A stretch of DNA of 64,000 bases from Bispira polyomma. Lineage: Eukaryota. The position numbers and the translations under genes are program-made. Below, one piece after another: positions 38,234 to 50,784 of this stretch (the stretch's first letter is position 1; each line of letters starts with the position of its first letter). Below the pieces are notes generated by a model. The model ran no database searches. It saw only the letters and a list, made by a program, of their open reading frames with translations, and had not been told where the DNA came from. The stretch lies in assembly GCA_965649765.1 (NCBI GenBank), contig OZ287748.1, positions 34,720,001-34,784,000 of the forward strand, in the 5' to 3' direction.

Positions 38234-38599
38234 GTCAAAAACTTTTTGGAACGCAGCTTGAAAGTTTAAATTCTCAAAATGTCAATTTTGTGGGAAACGA
38301 AAAGGGCAAACATGGGGTAGTTAAGGGAATAAAACAAAACAACCCACCCACCACTACCCTTACAATTGACCCTAAAAAAGTAAACAATGTCTCTAAATGT
38401 CAAGAAATATGTCTACAAAAAATATGTCAGGTGGCACAGCAAATCTCTTCTCCCCCACAGAGGGGGGGGGGGGGATATTGTTGTATTACCAGTGTCTCCA
38501 AAGTTCAATTTGGTTCACCATTCATCTCAAGTCAATTCAGCTTAACCTCGGGGCAGTCCCCCTTCAAAGCAACATAAAAATGACATTTGTGCCCCAGTG

Positions 38600-39945
38600 C
38601 ACCAAACCCATGACAAACAAAAGGGTCACTCTTTCTTATGAAAAGGTTAACAATTATGGTTGCCCTAATTACCTAGGAGCTAGATTGCCAGTCCCTTTAG
38701 AGCTAAATATCCTTCAATAGAGAAATTTATTGAGAAATGACCCCAATGTTGTGCTCCCAGAATATATAGAGTTCGGTTTCCCCTTGTGTATACGGGGCTG
38801 CAGTGACCTAGTGGTTAGCAAGCATTGCACTTCACAATCACTGGTTTCTCACCTCTGGACAGCGTGAGTAGGAAAGGTGGTAGTTCCTTACTGTTGGCCA
38901 CTGGTTTCAGTGCAGATCCTTGACCGACTGTATGCAGTGTTTCCTCCAGCGTTTCCAACTACCCGTCTCAATATAACCTACTAAAAGGTACTAGAGTGGA
39001 TGTTAAATATCCAAATTCAAATTCAAATTCAAAACCCCTTGTGTATACAAAAAGAAAGCTTTGTGTTTAATACTGCAGTAAAAAATCATGACTCAGCCAT
39101 ACAGCATCCACACAGTGTGGATGAATATTTCGAAACAGAAAGACTTCACAAGGCCATAGCAGGCCCTTTCAGTGTCCCCCTTTTGATAAATTGCACATGA
39201 CCCGGCAAAAGTGACAACACTCGTAGAATCATTGTAGACTTGTGTTGGCCTCACAATAACTCTTCTGTGAATAATGCTGTATGCAATGGGGTGTATGATT
39301 TTCGACTTACTCTTCCACATATAGACATGTTAGTTGACAAAATTAATGAACTTGGCTCTAATTGCCTATTAAATAAAATCGATTTATCTAGGGCATTTAG
39401 AAATTTGCGTATAGATCCTGCTGACTATAAATGTACTGCCCTTAATTGGAGAAATCAAATATATATAGATCTCTCTGTAATGATGGGCTACAGACATGGC
39501 ACAGCCTTATGTGAAATGGTAACTGATTCATTACGTTGGCTCATGAATACTAAAGAATACCATATCTACAATTACATCGATGACGTTTTTGCGGCAGAGA
39601 CTCCTCAAAAATAAAACAATTATTTGACACGCTATATGACCTCATTCAAAAGTTAGGACTTCCCATCAATGCTAATAAGGTGGAAACCCGGCAGAATCAA
39701 TCACATGTATGGGCATTATAATCAATGCGCGCACGGGAATATTGAAAATCTCACAACAGAAAATGTCAGATATATATTGGTAAGGACGTTCCAGCTGTAC
39801 CAGAAGACAGCTCCAGTCCTTATTAGGAAAACTCCTATATATACATAGATGCGTCAAACCTGCCCAGCTTTTTCTCAACAGAATGTTGGCACTACTACGA
39901 GATTCCTATCCAAAATGTAAATATAAACTTCAGATGATTTCAGAA
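38600..39945 (+). pseudogene. E2 RT remnant; SINE inserted, RNase H deleted
   Basis: GCPNYLGARLPVP, NHDSA, KIDLSRAFRNLRIDP, YIDD; sequence jumps directly into YR at about 39945. Confidence 0.85.
38794..39034 (+). mobile_element. tRNA-derived SINE with (AAATTC)n tail and 14-bp TSD, inserted in E2 RT
   Basis: A-box TGACCTAGTGG; TSD CCCCTTGTGTATAC at 38780-38793 and 39035-39048; same family as 55776-56031. Confidence 0.93.
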
Positions 39946-40836
39946 GAGCCATCTTCATAGTCTCTTACCTACAGGGTATTAGATTATATTTAGCCCTCTC
40001 TGTGGCTTTATCTCTGTAGGATTACACAACCATAAAATATATATTAGTTTTTCTAGAATACTTAGCTCAATAAGGGCTTAAGCCCCCTTCTATTGAACAT
40101 TTATATCTCATCAATGAAATTTTATTTACAATTATGGGGTGTCTCCACCCTTCCATTTAAACACCCTCAGATTAATTTGTTCTTAAAATCTCTCATTCTC
40201 TCTACACTTTACAACCCTCGGTTGAAGTCAATCATTTCTATCCCCATACTTACTGATATCATTAATCAATGTGAAACCTTCCACAATGCACACGTGTATC
40301 AAGCTATATTTCTCACTGCATTTTTCAGTTTCTTCAGACTGTCTAATTTAGTCCCAACCTCTCTATCCACATTTAACCCCATTAGACACCTCACAGTACA
40401 AGACCTCATATGGGGGCATCCTGGGGTCCACATTATACTCAGATGGGCTAAGTACCTTCAGTGTTACAACCAATTTCATGTGTTACATTTTTCATTTATC
40501 CAAAACTCCCTTTTATGTCCAGTCACTGCTCTACGTGTGATGTTACCTATAAACAAAACAAAACTTCATCCTCTTTTAACTGAGGCATCCCAATTCTCAA
40601 TACAAAATCGGAAAAGTCTTCATCAAATCATCATAAGGCTTGGCTTGAATCCCCAGGCCTTCACATTTCACGCATTCCATTGCTCAGGAGCGACTTTTGC
40701 CTTCAAGAATGATGTCGACCTCCAATCCATCATAGTGCATGGGGGTTGGCAGTCTCAAGCCGTCTGGGCTTACCTTAATTCTACACCAAATGCTGCAGCA
40801 ACAGTAGCTACTTCCCTCCAACATAACCTACAATAA
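39946..40836 (+). pseudogene. E2 tyrosine recombinase, degenerate
   Basis: FFRLSNLVP, FHAFHCSG (HxxR lost), HGGW, VWAYL. Confidence 0.9.
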
Positions 40837-40886
40837 CACTACAACACCAAGTCTGAGCTCTTTGGGGCAATCTTTCTTTATATATA

Positions 40887-43324
40887 CAGTCTAACCCACT
40901 TATCACAATCTCGGTAATTTTGACTTCCTGCTAATCTCAATCATACACCTTCAGTCCCAACCTCATTAAATATAATAATATAAGGAAACTGGGAGATATT
41001 TCGATCTAAAATGATGGCATTTACTGGTTATTTCAATGAGTTTTTCTTAAGTTCAATGGGGATTTGTTTACTTTGTTTACGTAGAATATGGAGGGATTTG
41101 GGGGGAAAATCAACATAAAAACACCTTTATCATTTGTAGAAATAATGTATAACTTACATCAGGTCAAAAGTCAAACAAAACATGAGTTTCTCCGGTCCTT
41201 GGCACTGACATAACATTACCACACTGCCATTTTCATAATGAGAAGCCACATTGTTTGGTTTTGCGCCATTTTTATCAATAGCCGTAAAGAAGTCTGCACA
41301 CTGCATATTGTGCTGGGATTAAGGTACACAGCAAATAACGGTGTTCCAATTGCAATTAGTGCGCAAATCTTTCTCTATATAAACCCCCACATTTTTCTCA
41401 CTGGTATCAGTGTTTAATTGAAATTAATCACAGACATTTTGATCAATTTAGTGAAATGATGGCTACAAAATGTAAATTAAACTTAAGATCAATTGAGGTC
41501 AAGTACAATGCTTTATGTGCTGTGGAGAAAGGTGTCAAGACAAAATCAGAGATAGCCAGGGAGTTTGATGTTCCTTCTAACACTTTGTCAACTTGGCTAA
41601 AAAATTCTGATAAAAAAAGCCTATGAGGGTGAATGTTTTGGAACTTCCAGAAAAAATATGAGACTGGCAAAATATGAAGATGTTGAGAAAGCTTTGTATA
41701 ACTGGCTGCTTGTTGCTAGAATTAGTAATGTCCCTGTATCTGGCGAAATTCTTAAAAAAAAGGCTGAACAATTGGCTGTGAAACTTGGTGAGACAGAGTT
41801 TAAGTGCAGTAATGGATGGATATGCAGATTTAAGGAGAGACATTCTATTGTGTACAAGTCAGTGCAAGGAGAGAGTAAGGACGTAAATCAGGATGTTGTG
41901 AAGGAGTGGCATTCCAGTGTTTTACCAAACATTCTTAAGGATTACCAGACCAAGGATATCTTCAATGCAGATGAGACTGGCCTATTCTTTAAGCTGTTTC
42001 CTAACAGAACTTTCACATACAAAGGGGATGCATGCAGTGGGGGAAAGAAGTCCAAGGAAAGGCTAACAGTCATGGTCTGTGCCAACATGGATGGCTAAGA
42101 GAAGCTCAAGCTTCTAGTCATTGGTAAAGCCTTGAAGCCTCGCTGCTTTAAGAATGTTCATACTCTACCTACAGACTACACAGCAAATAAGAAGGCTTGG
42201 ATAACTATACATTTTCATAGATTGGTTGCATAAACTGGACAGAAAATTCCTTGCCCAGAAGAGCAATGTTGCCATGATTGTTGATAACTGCCCACCTCAC
42301 CCCCATGTGAAAAAGCTCAAGGCTATCAAGCTTTATTTTCTGCCACCCAATACAACCAGTGAGAAACAACCAATGGACCAGGGCCTGATTTAAAATTTAA
42401 AGGTCCACCACAGGAAGCTTGTTGTGACCAGACATTTGCAGGCCATTGATGAAAACGAAGAAGTCAAGCTGAGTGTATTAGACGCCCTGCACTACATTAA
42501 GCAAGCTTGGGATGTTGTCAAACCAGAGACAATCTCAAACTGCTTCTTCCATGTCATTTACAACGAGAAGCTAAATGACAGCACTGACAATTCTGACAAG
42601 GTTGACACTGGTATTAGTGCAGAGGACTTTGAGGAGTATGTGAGTGTTGACAGCGAAGTCAATACCACAGAACAAGTGACAGATGACACCATCATTGACT
42701 CTATTAAAGACATTGATTCCCAGGAAAATGAAAGTGACAATGAAGATGATGAAACTGAAGTCCAAATTCCAAGTTTTAGCCGTTGTCTCTCCATATGTGA
42801 TGAACTTACACTTTTGATTCAGTCCAGAAATAACAGTTTTGAACAATATGAGAATTTAGTAAACATTGAGAAGTTTCTGAGAAATGAAATGGCCATAAGC
42901 AAATCTCAATCAAAAATTGACAGTTTTTTCACCCCTGCAAAATGTGATTAGTGGTGTGTGTCCTTTTAGTGACATTTGTGGTTTAGTATTTGCCAAGCCA
43001 TGCGGTTATAAATCGTTTTATTGATTGATTATAAATAGTGTTGTTTGTACAAAGTTAAACTTGCTGTAATGTATATTTTATTGGATTTATGGTAAAAATA
43101 AAAGATATTGAAGGTTAGTATTGCTTTATTTCTCTTATATTCTAAGTGCAGTCCCTCGAAATGCATATTCAATGTATTTGGTTAAAATCCTTTATTATCG
43201 CCGATGGACTCGATCTGCACACTAGTTTTTATTCTTCCCAGGCCCCAAATTGTTATTTCGAGTTCTGGTTATGTCGAATTACTCATTCTAGTCCCCTGAA
43301 TTTCGAAATAACGAGGTTAGACTG
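40887..43324 (+). mobile_element. Full-length pogo/Tigger-type DNA transposon (2438 bp) inserted in E2 repeat B
   Basis: TIRs CAGTCTAACC..TTAT / ATAA..GGTTAGACTG, TA on both sides. Confidence 0.92.
41456..42951 (+). pseudogene. pogo/Tigger (CENP-B/TIGD-like) transposase, DD30D, disrupted
   Basis: N-terminal HTH (SEIAREFDVPSNTLSTW), CENP-B HTH (FKCSNGWICRFKERH), FNADETGL, IVDNC...QPMDQG with 30 residues between the second and third D; stops at about 42096 and 42390 plus frameshifts. Confidence 0.92.
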
Positions 43325-45365
43325 TATACGTTTTATAGCATTATTTTGTCAATTATATGTTTATAGTATCATCTTTTATTATTATTATCTTGCATTTTTA
43401 CATAAATTAATTAATGCAGTGTTCTTACATAAATTAATTACTGCATGCTCTGTACCTAGTTATAAACTTGCTTCTAGTATAAATCATCTAGCTTATAATT
43501 AAAGTGTAATTATAGTTATAATGAATGATATTACCTTATAATTAAAGTGTAATTATAGTTTGAATTAATCATAGCTAAATGCATAATGCGTCACTTAACT
43601 GATATGAAAATAATATGGTTATAGTATTGTAAATGTTTATTAAGCACAGCTAAGTGCATTAGTCATTAACTTAACTGTGATAATTACATATTATTTTCTA
43701 TCAAAAGCTTGTATATATACTAGTGTTAGAAAACTAATTTTAGAACGGAGATATGTAGAATTAATAAAAGCCCAAAGAGTGCCTTTTTAATGACTTGGTG
43801 TTCCCTTCTCTTGCTGCTCATACTCAAACCAGAAAGCTGGATTATATTACAGGTACTTAACCTTCAATGGAACGCACATGGACTGTATCTTAACAGTTTG
43901 TATTAAAAACAAAGGAGGTTGCAGTTTTTCTTTCTGTTTTATGTACAAGTACAAATACGTCTGTGATAAATAAGATTTTAAATATAGTATCAATTAAAGA
44001 AGTAACCCTCCTTTGAAAGGAAGGCTACCTTGAGGTGGTGCAGTTGTAACAAATTAACAGTTATAAATCGAATAAGAGGTTTGATTTCAGGTTTGAACAA
44101 TAATAATCATTGCCTTTCTTGCAGTAAATGAGTTTCATGTATAGCTTAAACCATGTCTATAGGGACAAGAAAGTCATTGTTATATATTGCTTTTTATCCT
44201 GTGGCATTTTTTTCAGAGTCTAAGTGTATTCAAAGAGCTACTGTTGAAAGAAATTGCTTAGGGGGGTTGCAATGGGGCTATTCTTCCCAAGTTCTGCTTT
44301 TGCTTCTTTTGTCCATCTCATTTTTTGTGTGTATGAAAATACCCTTGTGGAAATGAGAATTCACTGGAAGCGATGGGTTGAAACACATATTAATATATAT
44401 GAAAGTTAAAGCCAGAAAAAAAAAAACAACTAATTTTTCCAAATTTGGCACTTTTGCGCTTTGGCAAAGGGATGCACTTTACCGAGTGTCCATATACTTG
44501 TCAGTATATCTTTTAGAACAACTTTCGATTTGTTGTGGTCTTGTAACATAATGAAAAGGGATACATACCCAGTTTTAAACATTATCAACGCTAATATAGC
44601 ATAGACAGTGCCTCTCCTCTGACATTGGTCTTAAATTTGACCTTAGGAATGCCCAAGCGAAGATTCTATGGTTGGGGATATTAGTTTTATTTTTATATTA
44701 TATGTTATTTTGTACTACATATACAGACTAACTAAAATATAAGATATAAGGGTCACTGTCTATTTTAAAGTAAGCTGCCTCAAGATAAGGTGAACCTAAT
44801 TTAGAGGTGGTTTTGAGTTTAAGTTCAGCTTATATTTATGAGCTTTTGTTAATGCCTTCACGTCTGGTGGTCTAAATCTAGATTACCAGAACGCATATGT
44901 AAGGCCATCATCTATCACAGTAAATGGAAGAATTTTAATTTCTTTTGACACGTCTTCGTACGTCATTTGTCTGGTGTCTTAGTACAGGCCTTAAAAGTAG
45001 AGGGGGTAATTGACTAGGCTGTAATTGGCCAATTCTACGATGCCCTCTTTGTTTATGCAGACAATGGTAATCCGTTAAATGGCAGGAACTCCCAATTAGC
45101 CACAAAATTATCCACACAAATCTCTAATTAGATTTACCTACTAGTGGACTGATGGACTGATAATCAAAAACTTATACAATGCTGGGAGTAACGCAGATTT
45201 ACGTCAGGTGTACCATAAAAGTATACATGGTAAAGTACAAGTAATAAAAGTAATCTTCAAAAAACTGAAGGTCAAATGAAAGTCCTTGTACATGAAATAA
45301 ATATTTGCTTGATAACCAATATTTTTAGCCATAGATTTAAATATGTAGTTAGTGCAAGGTAACAC

Positions 45366-45535
45366 TTATTAGCAGCCAGGTACCCATTTATACACCTGGG
45401 TAGAGAGGGACAACTTTATGTAAAGCACCTTTTTCAAGGGTACAATTTCCAGGCCTGCAGTGAGGATCAAACCGGGGCTCTGAGATCACTCAGATCCAAA
45501 GTCCGACACTCTAACCACTAGGCCACAGCGACCAC
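45366..45535 (-). mobile_element. tRNA-derived SINE of a second family (Deu/Nin-like core)
   Basis: Minus strand: A-box TGGCCTAGTGG, B-box-like GGTTTGATCC, core CCCTTG..AAGG..CTTTAC...CCCAGGTGTATAAATGGGTACC; absent from copy 1. Confidence 0.75.
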
Positions 45536-46537
45536 TCATGTAAGTAAACTCGTGTACACACATTGACCAAGACCAAGTTTTCTGTCCTTGCCAATTAACT
45601 GACGGTACCCACGACGAGGGGCAAGAGCGGTTACCATAAGTAAAGTCAACAAACCTGATGCCACACCTACGACAAAAAAAATCATCTATCCATTTAGCCT
45701 TTGGTTATAAATTGAATAATACAATAGCAGTACACAATATCATAACTTATGGCAAACGTAAAAGTGCCTGATTATTTAAATATCACTATTTTAACACATT
45801 GATGTATATTTCCTGTTGAAGAGAACATAATGAATTGCCGTGTCAGATTTGGTGAGTAATTAAGTATATACCATCATATTACCTCATATCTTTAATTAAC
45901 CTTAATCTGTAACCACGTCAATTGAATTATTCAATAGAAAAATGTAACTTATTATAACTTAATAGTCACGTGGGTCACATGTTTTTCTATGATCGTATAT
46001 ATTATGTGATGTGAGTAAAGGAATTGCTTCATCAATATATTAGCAGGGCGACCTGGCAACGATTAGTATAATGAGGAATTGTAACGTTATTGTAATGTTA
46101 TACCATGCATGGCATGTTAGGCGCTTATGGCTAGGCACTTATAATTGTGCTATGCATACCTACTTACCGGTCAAAAGTAATTTTTTATCTTATTAGTAGT
46201 TTTAATGGGATCTAGGTTGTACTGGCCTTTGATTAAAACGTTGCGTGTATAATTGAATCCCCCTGGGACACTAATTATGTATGAGTGTTAGCATATTCGT
46301 GGTGTCAAGGGATTTTATGTATGTGATATAGTAATAATATTATCATGTGTTAAAAGTTTTTTATCTACTTGTTGTATATTATTATTGATATATTGTTTCG
46401 CATTCCAAGTCTCTTTCACTGACCTTGACCTATAGGAATATAGCTGTGTCTTTATACTATTAGTCACATTAAAATGGTGTTAATCTTTATATCATAACAC
46501 ACATATCAAAGTTATATCAATTATCATCAATTATTTG

Positions 46538-47520
46538 CAGTCCCTAGCACTCCAAAGTCAAGATTAACCAATTTATGCGGGTATATATGTATGTTTATTT
46601 ATAAAAAAAAGGAAAATTGTGTAAAATATAAGTTCTATACCACTAGCTATGTACATTTTTTGGTAGAGTATACAATAATAAAAAAAGTTACAACATTTAA
46701 TACTTAAGCTGAGGTCAGATACTTATATTTCAGTTTAAGTTTATGGTTATACTTAACTTTTAGTTTTGAGTTTTAGTTTAAGGTGCTCTTAAACTAATGA
46801 CAAAACCCTGACCAGAGAAGTTTTAGGTGATTCTAGATTGAGCGGTCACCAAATTTAACTTAACCAGTTTAAGGTTACCTAACCCACAAGTGTGGATTCT
46901 GAATTTGAGATGGCAATGTTTTAATACTCAGTTGACCTCAACTTTTACAATAGTTTATAATTTTTGACAATAATAAATGCAAAAAACCTCTGTTAAAACA
47001 CCGAGGACTATAACATAACTGTTTAATACTTTAAAAACAAGGGTTCAGTGAAGCTGTGCATTGTCATATGACTTATAATGTTTAAGCAAATTCCTTACTA
47101 ATAACCTTGTAGCAGAATTAGATGCGATTCAAGACATGACATACTTTTCTATTGAGCTCATACCGTTTAAATGTCTCTGTTGAGCATAGGAGTATGCTGT
47201 ACACCTCAATCCTAAATGGTTGTTTCTTGGACTAGCTTATCTAACACTAACCTACTCCAAGGGAATAGGGTGGGTGGGAAATCAGAAAAATTCCTGCCAC
47301 ACTTGTCTGTGGCTAAATTCAAACTAAACTTATTTTCTAATAAGTCTCTTGTCCTTAGGGTCTCATCCAATCAGATTCAGTTACCTGAATTTTCACTTAA
47401 CGACACGGGGTTTGTTTATTATTGACTTAAGTTTCTACCTGTGCTGAAAACAGGCAGGTACTCCCATAGATTAAAGGTCGTGGACGACTGACAATGGCAA
47501 TGCCTTAACACTGCCCCGAT
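46538..47520 (-). mobile_element. Solo A-spacer-B unit of an Ngaro-like element (~980 bp, non-coding)
   Basis: Absent from copy 1 (empty site about 23227). On the minus strand it starts ATCGG like E3, has the TCAGTC motif and a CCCACCC..TTCCC tract like repeat A, has a TTAA/GGTTACC-rich segment like E1 repeat B, and ends GGGACTG. No TSD. Confidence 0.75.
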
Positions 47521-48779
47521 TGTGTTACTGTGCAGCAGACAGAGGGATACAATGAGCTGAATTGTGATAGAAGAGCATTTTTTATCTAACATTAACAACA
47601 AGGTGATTTTTATTTGAAAAATGTGATTAGTATAATTAAAATTAATATCAAATAAAACCTGTTCTTGTAAATTAAATTCTTATTGCAAGGGACAATCTTT
47701 GAAAAGACCAATGTTTTTTTTTAAATGATTGTCTTTCTCAGTTTCACTTTACACTTTATCTTTCATTTTAATCAGAATAATGACAGTGTTGTCCGCTGGT
47801 AATTTTATAGATGAGTATGAAATATAATATGAGAGGAGGATGGATATATGGGTGGAGATTTCTCATGCCATTTTTTTACTGTCTGTAAGCATCACAAAAC
47901 GAAAATAACCTACTTCCTTGAACTGTCGTATACATCACATTTTAATATAATTAAATCGTGTTCGAACTTCTTAATTTTACCCATAGCATGAACAAATCAT
48001 GTACAATTCATAAAATACTGCAGTTACCTGAACTTGCCCTTTAAAGCTGAGGGTTAAATTTTGTAATAATAAAGTGCCATGTTTGTTTTTACTTATTTTA
48101 GCAAATATGTGCATTTGATTAAGGGGCATGGTGTTTAACCATTATGTTGTATTATCACAGTCTAACGGTTGTGACCTTGAGGTGAGAATTCCGATACAGT
48201 TTGGGATAATATTTCTATATACACAAAATTTTAAAATTAAAATTGTTTAAATTGTCAAATTAAAAGTTAAAGAGATGATAGTGGAAAAGGTGGTATGAAT
48301 TATTGAAGCTGCATGAGATGTAGCTTGAAGGTCTGACAAGACTGCATCAGATTTGAAACAACCATGTTTTCGTATTTTCACAGTCACAACAGCTACAAAT
48401 TTTTACAACCAAGAAAATCTGTTCTTTTTTCTCCTATATCTAATTGCAGTAGATAGGACAATCATAGTACTGAAATTGAATTTTCTTATAATGAGAAAAG
48501 AGCTGACACCTTTTCAAAGCCTACTTTTACACATTAAATGTCAAGCTACTGCTTATCCAGAACATCATATAATTGGTAAAGGAACATACTTTCTTGTTGT
48601 ATTTAAAAAAATTTACAAGATATTTTAAATAGCTAGTCTTTATCTACAGAATCAATCATAGTTACTAAAATCCAAATGAAGTCACTTTAAATTTACCCAT
48701 ATCCAGAACACAGATATGGTTTCTACTGTCTATAACTGTCACTGTCATACTTAATACAATGTCTCTGTTATGTGAAAAT

Positions 48780-49010
48780 GACTGACACAAAAAAGTTACA
48801 ATTTTACTCTCAAAAAACTTAAGAAGTGACCTACTTTTTTGGCTAATGTAACTTATTTGTCAGACAGAATGGGAAATAAATTGCTGTCTGCCACTGGCAT
48901 ATTTAATAAACTGAATCTCTGTGTTACACAAAATTTTACTCTAAAAATATCAACTAGTGTGACCTATTTTGTTTGCTAATCTAACTTATTTGGCAGACAG
49001 AATGGGAAAA
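48780..49010 (+). repeat. Two-copy ~135-bp tandem repeat
   Basis: AATTTTACTCT...GTGACCTA...TAACTTATTTG.CAGACAGAATGGGAAA occurs twice. Confidence 0.75.
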
Positions 49011-50459
49011 AATAGCTTCCTTTTAAATTCATAGTGAAAAGCATTCCTTGTTGTGCAGTATTAGCAAAACAAATATGTCGAAACTGCAACATAGTCTAAA
49101 TGCATTCTATTGTATATAGTATGTGATTTAGATCGCTAACTCATGTCAGTCTTTATCTTTAATTTTTTATTTAAAATTTTACTCAGCAAAAGATGGATCC
49201 TGTTCAAATAGAACCTTGTCACTTCCAAGTCACCTTGTCATTTTAATCAATCAACCATCTTCCCTAGCCAGGCTGAGTTGTTTAACTAGAGAAAATAGAC
49301 TTCAGTAGGGACTTTTAATCCCAGCATACAAATTGGACACTGTAGCTTTCAAGTTGCCATTCCTGTGAAAAGGAACAGGTTACCACCAGCTCTTAGCTGT
49401 CAGACAGAAAATACTTCTTTCAAGATTAAACCAAAAAATATATCTCTTTAGACTGGCATACCAACCATACTATCTTGTTTTTCTTGTATTCAGGACTGAC
49501 TATCCCTTCTTGGTCAACAAATAAGACGTTTACCAATCTGGTGCGATACAAACTTATCAGTAACAATAATAGACTTTATGAAAGCATATTTTTTTCTGTT
49601 CAAAATGACAATTATTGTTTTTACAATAATCCCAGATGCAATGTTAACTATTTCATGCACATATAAGTGTGTCCTTCATACGTTGGCAAATGATATGGTA
49701 AAAAATGTAATATTTGCTCATTAGAAATTCAAGGCGAGTTAAAAAGTCATCCATCACAAGAATTGTGGAAGACTGCACTGTAAGCACTAATTGTACCACA
49801 AATCTTACCTGTCAGGTTCACTATTGCATCAGTGGAAAGACTTCTAATAATTAAAAAAAGACCAAGTGTTGATTTCATTTATTACATTTTAAAATTTGTC
49901 TTAGCATGTTAAATATAATTAAAATAGACCCATTCTTCTTGGGATTTTCCCATTCCTTTCAGGACCTGGATAATTTACTCTATTTTAACACCAATGTCTT
50001 TCTTAGCCTAGAAATAATGTTAGAGATAAGAATGGAGACACTATAGCTATACTAAAAATGTACTAATTGCAATGTCGATGAATTTTACTATAATTTTCTT
50101 TTTCTCTACAGATATGGTGACCAGATAAAGATTCTTTCATTATCTACTGGTTTTAAGAATCGCATTCCATGAAGGATTAACCATTCAGTATAAATCGAAC
50201 CGCCTGTTGTGTCCCATTACTTGACACTAACATCAGCAGCTGACAATCACAGTTTGTTACAACAAATTTTTAGTTGTAGTAACTTTCAGAGCTATAGTAC
50301 TTGCTTGTCTGGGTGTGTCAGATGAATAAGGTAAATTCAGCGTTATCAAGATTATGTTGCTCAGAACTTTTGCTGCAGAACTTTTGGCTTGTTTTTTAAG
50401 TCATTATTCTTGGCACATTGCTATACCCTACTGATAAAGTGAGTAACTTATGAACTATA

Positions 50460-50784
50460 GATCTTAGAAGAATCAGTTGTTAATCTGTTGCAATTAAAAC
50501 TGCCGATACTTTGGTCACTAACAGTCTTGACTACTGCAATTTACTGTTTCAGAGTTTGACAAACCAGGATTTTAACAATTTGCACTGCATTCAAATCTCA
50601 TTGGTCACTGGGTATTATTACAAGTGCAGTGCTATTACCAGGCAAGAAACCAAATACAATGAATTCCTTCTCGTTTCTGTTTGTAAGTCCAGGAAACACA
50701 GGTCAAAAATCATTTTTTTTTTTTTGGTATTTAATGGTCGCGCCCTGTGGAATAATTTACCTCAGCACATCAGGAAAACTTATC
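50460..50784 (+). pseudogene. Old L2-type LINE 3' ORF fragment, host of the 50785 insertion
   Basis: LVTNSLDYCNLLFQSL...LHCIQ...LWNNLPQHIR aligns with the C-terminus of the 8559 ORF. Confidence 0.8.

Larger units (their letters stand above)
36689..43885 (+). mobile_element. E2: decayed Ngaro-like YR retrotransposon (A-gag-RT-YR-B) carrying nested SINE and pogo insertions
   Basis: Absent from copy 1 (empty site CATTCAGTT|TATCTTAA at about 20241). 5' end resembles E1 repeat A; 3' end is GGACTG; ORF remnants homologous to E1; no TSD. Confidence 0.88.
23315..47635 (+). repeat. Tandem segmental duplication, copy 2, expanded to ~24 kb by nested insertions
   Basis: Host segments 23315-25716, 32237-32898, 36263-36690, 43886-46537 and 47520-47635 match copy 1 in order. 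Confidence 0.9.

Noticed and set aside
23315-47635. Uni-strand piRNA-cluster-like orientation bias
   Set aside because: Inserted elements occur in both orientations.
50112-50330. Exon-like segment with a good acceptor and donor
   Set aside because: Stops in all three frames and no supporting neighbours; at most a non-coding exon.
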